Source: Reclinomonas americana ATCC 50394
Taxonomy: Eukaryota
Reading direction: 5' to 3'
Length of the DNA stretch: 64,000 nt
NCBI GenBank assembly: GCA_048213135.1
Contig: PS015022.1
Location: 395,004 to 459,003 of the forward strand
Shown here: positions 58,901 to 64,000 of the stretch, in pieces
Layout: every line of letters begins with the position of its first letter
Position numbering within the stretch: the stretch's first letter is position 1
Notes under the pieces: generated by a model
What the model was told of the DNA's origin: nothing
What the model saw: the letters and a program-made list of their open reading frames with translations, nothing else
Databases searched by the model: none
Made by a program: the position numbers and the translations under genes

Positions 58901-60655
58901 CTGTTGGTTACCCTCTTTGCTCACCATCTTCGCGCTGCAGAATTCGGGAGAAAAGTTGTCATGTTCGCGGAAAAGCAACAACACACTTTCGCCCTTTGTC
59001 GCACGAGTTCGGCAAGCGTTTCGTGACTGTTACGGCCTTCAAGCCTCGTTGGTCCTCAACCGTCGTCTTGCGGAGGCTGAGATTGCCCGCGCCGTCAAGT
59101 GGTGCACTGAAAGAGGTATTGCGGACCACGCTCTGGTCGATTTGGTGCGCATGCTCCATGGTGTGCTGAAAAGTGTGGTGCAGCTCTGATGGAGGCAAAG
59201 GTGGAGGAAAGGAAGGGAGAGATGGAAGTTGACGCCAGGGATGATATACATGGAGACGTGTCAGGCGCAGGCTCAGCTGAATGGAGCAAGGCACGTGCTT
59301 CACGATTATTGGGCAGGTGCCCTCTTGCGTAGTATTCTAATTGTGCGGATTCACAGCGCCGTAGGAATGGTCACGCAACGTTGAGTGGGGAGGAGCAATC
59401 GATGCTTGAAAAACTGCTAGTTGCGTTTGTTGGCGATCATTGCTCACCTCAAAGCCGTGTTACTGACGTTGTGCTTATTCATGCGGATGCAGTGCTGCAA
59501 CCGGAAGAGGATACTTGTCAAGACATTTGGTATCAGGGCGTCCGTGGTACTTGGATCCACTGTGTGCCTTCATCAGCGGATTCTCTTCCGACTTGCTTGT
59601 GAAGAATGCGGAATACCGTTGGAAGGGCCGAGTCGCCCATCATCCGCCGTCATGTATGCATTTAGCAAGAGTACTTGCAACATTGCAGAGCACGTTCGCA
59701 AAGTAACAATCAAGTCAGTGGAGGGTGTGCTTGAACGAATCACCAATTACATCGAGGTGAGTGTTAGCATGTTGCTCTGTTCATGATAGTCCGTGGCGAG
59801 CCACGTTTCTGATCCTGCTCCGTGCACGTGGTGTATGTGGGCGTGTTTGATTATTAGAAGAGCGGTCTTCGAGGACCTGCGCTCTTGGATGCTGTAGAAA
59901 GACCGCTTATTGTGCTCGACAACTGCGGCTACTCGGAGGCATGTGATCACGTTGCGTTTTGTTATGTGTATTAATGATGTCGACTCACTCTCGTAAGGGG
60001 ACAGGAGTCTGCAAAACTGGCGAAGAACAGAGGCAAAACAAATGTTCTTCTGCCATTTGTCACACAGGCCATGCAGACTTTCCACAACTGTCCTGGCCTG
60101 TTCGCCACTCTGCTTCGAGACGGGTTCCTCCCCAAGGAGGAGATTGTACGTGTCGGTGTGTGGTATACACCTACCCCGATTGGTGTCTGCTGGCCTGTAT
60201 GCTGACATGTTTGCTGATTCAGCGCTTAGTGGCGGAAAGGTGGCGAAGGAGATGGTGAACAATGTGGATATGCATATGGAAGAAGAAGATGATGAGGATG
60301 GTGTGAGAGAAGACGAGGACTACGACGACGAGGAGAAAGATAAGCGATCGAAGATCAAGGAGGAGGTGGTGGACCTTGTTGCGAGGAGAAACACACTACC
60401 GTGCATGGACATCGACCTTCCCGCACCGGTGCGTGACTAGAGTGGAACTGAGTGGTATCAGGAAGGGGAGAGATTGATAGAGAGAGAAGAAGAGAGGGGG
60501 GAGAGCAGGAAAGGGGGAGAGATGTCGACAAGTGACGGCTGGTGGATTAGAACACGGGAAACAAGGCAGTCAGTATCGATGATTGATTTCGAAGCACAGC
60601 GTAAGCTGAGACTGTGTACATGGCTTAGCTGATTGCTGCGCTCGCAGGAGGATGA
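55989..60655 (+). CDS. Orphan, probably nuclear protein with three tandem copies of an unrecognised ~160-aa Cys/His domain
   Basis: Three homologous exon sets (264-nt exons at 57291, 58467, 59493; 81-nt exons at 57626, 58796, 59858); NLS-like PPKKKK; acidic linkers; IKEEVVDL. Final exons at 60441-60600 and 60648-60655. Confidence 0.75.
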
Positions 60656-60993
60656 ACTGTAACTGCAAGACGAGTGAAACGTAAAGGCCGATCTTGTCAC
60701 ACCCTCCTGTGTGTCTCAGTTGTGTCAGTTTCTCGTGTTGAGCACACACAGCGACTGTGAAGTGGTTTCAAGAGAAAGTACTGTTGTTACTACTGAGGAG
60801 AGTTGCAATATCCGATTCGCCGCTCCAGTCGTAAAATTGGTGTTTGAAGTTTGTCAAATCACACTGCCCATTTTATTCAACCTCAGCACCCTGCTGCCAT
60901 ACATCGTTTAGTTTCCTGTCCTCTTCCTTTCCCCCCAACCCCTTCCTGTCCCCTTCGACCCACCAACTTCCAGTCCCACCGTCCCGTCGACCG

Positions 60994-61006
60994 TTTTCAC
61001 GCGAAA
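60994..61006. promoter_or_regulatory. E2F/MCB-like quasi-palindrome TTTTCACGCGAAA upstream of the DDIAS-like gene
   Basis: TTTCGCG on the minus strand with an ACGCG core, about 30 bp before ATG 61038. Confidence 0.35.
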
Positions 61007-61037
61007 TCAGAGAGAGAGAGAGTGAGAGAGACCGACA

Positions 61038-61942
61038 ATGGAGGCCCAGGTCATCCGCGTGGTGTACCGACGACCACACCGTCTACCACCCACGACTCTT
61101 GTCGATCACGATGTCCCGGCATCGATTGACGACGAAGACGAGGAGGTGGAGACGAGGCAGCAACGGCGGCGGCGACGGAGAGACAGCATGGAAGATGACG
61201 CGCGCATGGAAGTGGAAGGCGGCGACGACGAGGAGGACGAGGACGAGGACGACTGGCCGTTCTTTGCGTACTTGGCGTGCCCGGCGTGTCGACGAGCGCG
61301 ATCAATGCCCACGCTCTTGCGAGTGGTCTCTGCAGGTGACGTCGGTCTTTTTTTGCGCCTGCTGCATCGATGCTTATGTTGCTTGCTTGTGGGCTTTGCA
61401 GAGGCGCCAGAGCAGCAGCAGCATCGTGACATTCCGTGTCACTTTGTGTGTCACGGATGCGGTAGTGCAGAGGTGCCGCGACCGGCGTATCGCCTGTCGC
61501 TGGATGTGAGGCCAAGGGATGACTGCAGCTCGTTGGTCACTGGTGTGCGAGAGAGAGGGGGGGGGTAGGGANNNNNNNNNNNNNNNNNNNNNNNNNNNNN
61601 NNNNNNNNNNNNNNNNNNNNNNNNNNNNNNNNNNNNNNNNNNNNNNNNNNNNNNNNAGGGAGAGGGACAGGGAGGGATAGGGAAGGGAGAGGGAAGGGAG
61701 TGGGAAGGGGGAGGGACAGGGAGAGGGAGAGGGAGAGAGGGAAGGAAGAGAGAGAGAGAGACTGGAAGTGCGTGAAAGAGAGAGAGGGAGAGAGAGGGAA
61801 GGGAGATAGAGAGACAGACACTGTGAGGAGAGACTGAGAGAGAGAGAGGGACAGAGAAGGGTGATAGCGGAGCGAGTACTTGTGAATGACAGTGTGAGCG
61901 AGAGAGGTACACAGAGAGTGACGTAGTAAGACAGAGTGACAA

Positions 61943-61974
<32 letters not shown>

Positions 61975-63629
61975 AGGAGAGAGGGTGTGAGAGAGAGACA
62001 GCGTGGACTAACTCAGTGTGACCATCACGCAGTGGTGCTCTTTGCGGCAGCTGTTCCCGTGTTTGGGGCCAGTGCCGCGCTGTGGATGCGCGAGCGACGC
62101 CAGTTTGCCTCCACCGGTGGTGGCGACCCCTCCAGTGCGTGTGCCATGTCGCGCCTGTTGTCATGACGACTTCAACTGACAGTTCGGCGCGCAATGCAGA
62201 GTTTGACGCGTGGACGCTGCAGTGTTTGCGCGAGACGTTGGAGCGTCGGTGGTTCATATTCACGCTGGCGCCTCCTGCAGACCGATCGCACACCTCGCGA
62301 GTGTGCACGGCGATTCAGTCCACGGCACCGACACTCGACGCGATCGATGGTCTCCACCCAGCCGACACGGCCGTGGTTTGTGCATCAACCATGAGCGCAC
62401 AAAAACGGTTGTTTGTGTTCACGTGAGGCATGCAACCTCTCCTATACAGGCTCTGTGCCAACGCAAACCACAGCCGTCCGTCTGGTGCTTTCCATCGGCG
62501 TTCCACCAGTGGCGCACCTTCCTGTCAACCCTTGCTGCGGCTGGTGACACGTTTCGGCGACCGCGCACGCAGTCGCGACAACTCGAGATGGAGGAGGGAG
62601 ACGATGAGCAGATGGTCGTCTCTGCACTCGTTTCACCACCACTCGCCAAGCTGCCGTCGCCCGATGTGCCAGAGGAGAGTCCGTTGATGTTTCACGAGGT
62701 GCCGACGCCAGATGCAGGTGCGAAATCTCGTCTTTGTTTGGTTTCTTGGCTTCTCAGCTCCTGTTTGCGATCTCCAGCTTCTCTCTGCTTCCCCTACTTC
62801 TCAGCTCCTTTTTCCTCGCCTCCCTGATTTCCCCACTTTCTCACCTCCTGTTTGCTTTCTTATTGATTCCCCTGCATCTCATCGTCCTTCGGTTCGCCCT
62901 TACCCTGATTGTCAGCTGCTGTTTGCTCGCCTCGCTAGTTCCCCTACTTCTCAGTTGCTTGTTGCCTGCCTCCCTGTTTCCCCTGCTTCTCAACTCCTTG
63001 CTGCTCGCCCCCTACTTCTCAGCTCCTGTTTGCTCGCCTCTCTGCTTCCCCTGTTCTTCAACTTCTCGCTGCTCGACTCTTTGACTCCCTTCTTCTTATG
63101 GTCCTACAGCTCGCCTGAGTATCAGCTGCTGTTCGCTCGCCTTACTAGTTCACCTTCTTCGCAGCTTCCTTGTTGCTCGCCTCATTCTTTCTCCAACTTC
63201 TCAGAGCCCGTTTCCTCGCTTCCCTGGTTCCCCTACTCCTCATCTCCCTTTCAAGTCCCCCTTCATTTGACCCTCCCCTCCTTTCCCCCTCTTCCAGGCA
63301 CCGCATCACAACCGTGCAGTTCCTCCGGCGCACAGTCGACCTCCCCCCACTGCGGCCAGAAGCGCCCGCGCACCGTCCTGGCCCTACTCTCTCCTGTACC
63401 CGCCGTCAAAACACGACGACGACCGCCAAGCTCGCGCTCCCGCTCACGCTTGCGTCTCATGTCGCCGCCTGAACCCGTGTCGGCGTCGCCGGCGCTAAAG
63501 AGACCAGCCACGGCCAAACTCGCCGCCTCGGTGCTCGTAGACGAACCTATGCCATGCAGTCAAAAGGGCGACGAGAACGCACCTCCGCTCGGCGATGCGT
63601 GGCCAGTCCGCGCACTGTTTGGCGATTAG
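61038..63629 (+). CDS. DDIAS/noxin-like protein with an RPA70 C-terminal-type OB fold and zinc ribbon
   Basis: PFFAYLACPACRR...CHGCGS...YRLSLDV...VVLFAAAVPVFGASA...LRETLERRWFIFTL, followed by a Ser/Pro-rich tail. Confidence 0.75.
62720..63295. repeat. Degenerate pyrimidine-rich minisatellite in a DDIAS-like intron
   Basis: Recurring CCCCTACTTCTCAG(C/T)T and TGTTTGCTCGCCT units. Confidence 0.75.
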
Positions 63630-63719
63630 TGAAACGGACGACGAATTCGTCGAAGAGAGTTGTCCTTATCGCACATGCGCCATGAGTTCCCCTCACTCCA
63701 ACGACCGTTGCTTGTCGTG

Positions 63720-64000
63720 TTAGTGCTGGCCGTCCTCGTGTGTGCCATCGTGTTCTTTGTGGTCTCCTCTCGTGACACCTCCACAGTGCACTCGGAAGAA
63801 CCTCGTCGACCTGTCGCATCCGTCGCAGCTCACGTTGCGTTCTTGCTGCTTCTCAAGCATGTGTGTGTACCTGAGGCCGACGACATGCACGTTGCAGAAC
63901 TCGTGTTTCCATTTCACGCTCTCGTCGGTGGCCTCGTTGAGTGCCTTTGACAGTGGTGGCGGTCTGCTGGGGCACGGTGTGTGTCGCGAGCCTCTGCCAC
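63720..64000 (-). CDS. Possible 3' end of a spliced gene (partial)
   Basis: Open frame ...LSKALNEATDESVKWKHEFCNVHVVGL with a gtacac...gacag intron; convergent with the DDIAS-like gene. Confidence 0.3.
   Translation of the reverse strand, partial: GRGSRHTPCPSRPPPLSKALNEATDESVKWKHEFCNVHVVGLRYTHMLEKQQERNVSCDGCDRSTRFFRVHCGGVTRGDHKEHDGTHEDGQH

Overview
Gene-dense genomic DNA from an intron-rich, GC-rich unicellular eukaryote. It uses the standard genetic code, its introns are full of (GA)n/(CA)n microsatellites, and it has several N gaps. The taxon cannot be assigned from the sequence alone. I reconstructed about 20 spliced protein genes by hand, with intergenic gaps often only 50-150 bp. In order: DAP3/mS29, UTP13/TBL3, membralin, an EF-hand protein, a 7TM-RGS receptor-like protein, CENP-V/GFA, an ABCC/MRP transporter, a C5orf34-like gene, tRNA-His(GUG), a large IQ-motif protein, a UBL protein, an acylated WD40 protein, a head-to-head pair of class A DnaJ paralogues, a broken FN3 surface-protein segment sitting inside another gene, NIPA/ZC3HC1, an orphan protein with three exon-identical copies of an unrecognised Cys/His domain, and a DDIAS-like OB-fold protein. 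Most striking: (1) a frequent class of 5' splice sites, H|GTTGCG, that looks like the normal G|GTGCG site shifted by one base; (2) the triplicated orphan domain; (3) a DnaJ paralogue whose G/F motif seems moved in front of the J domain; (4) the nested FN3 fragment. All gene models are manual and all homology calls come from motif recognition, not database searches.
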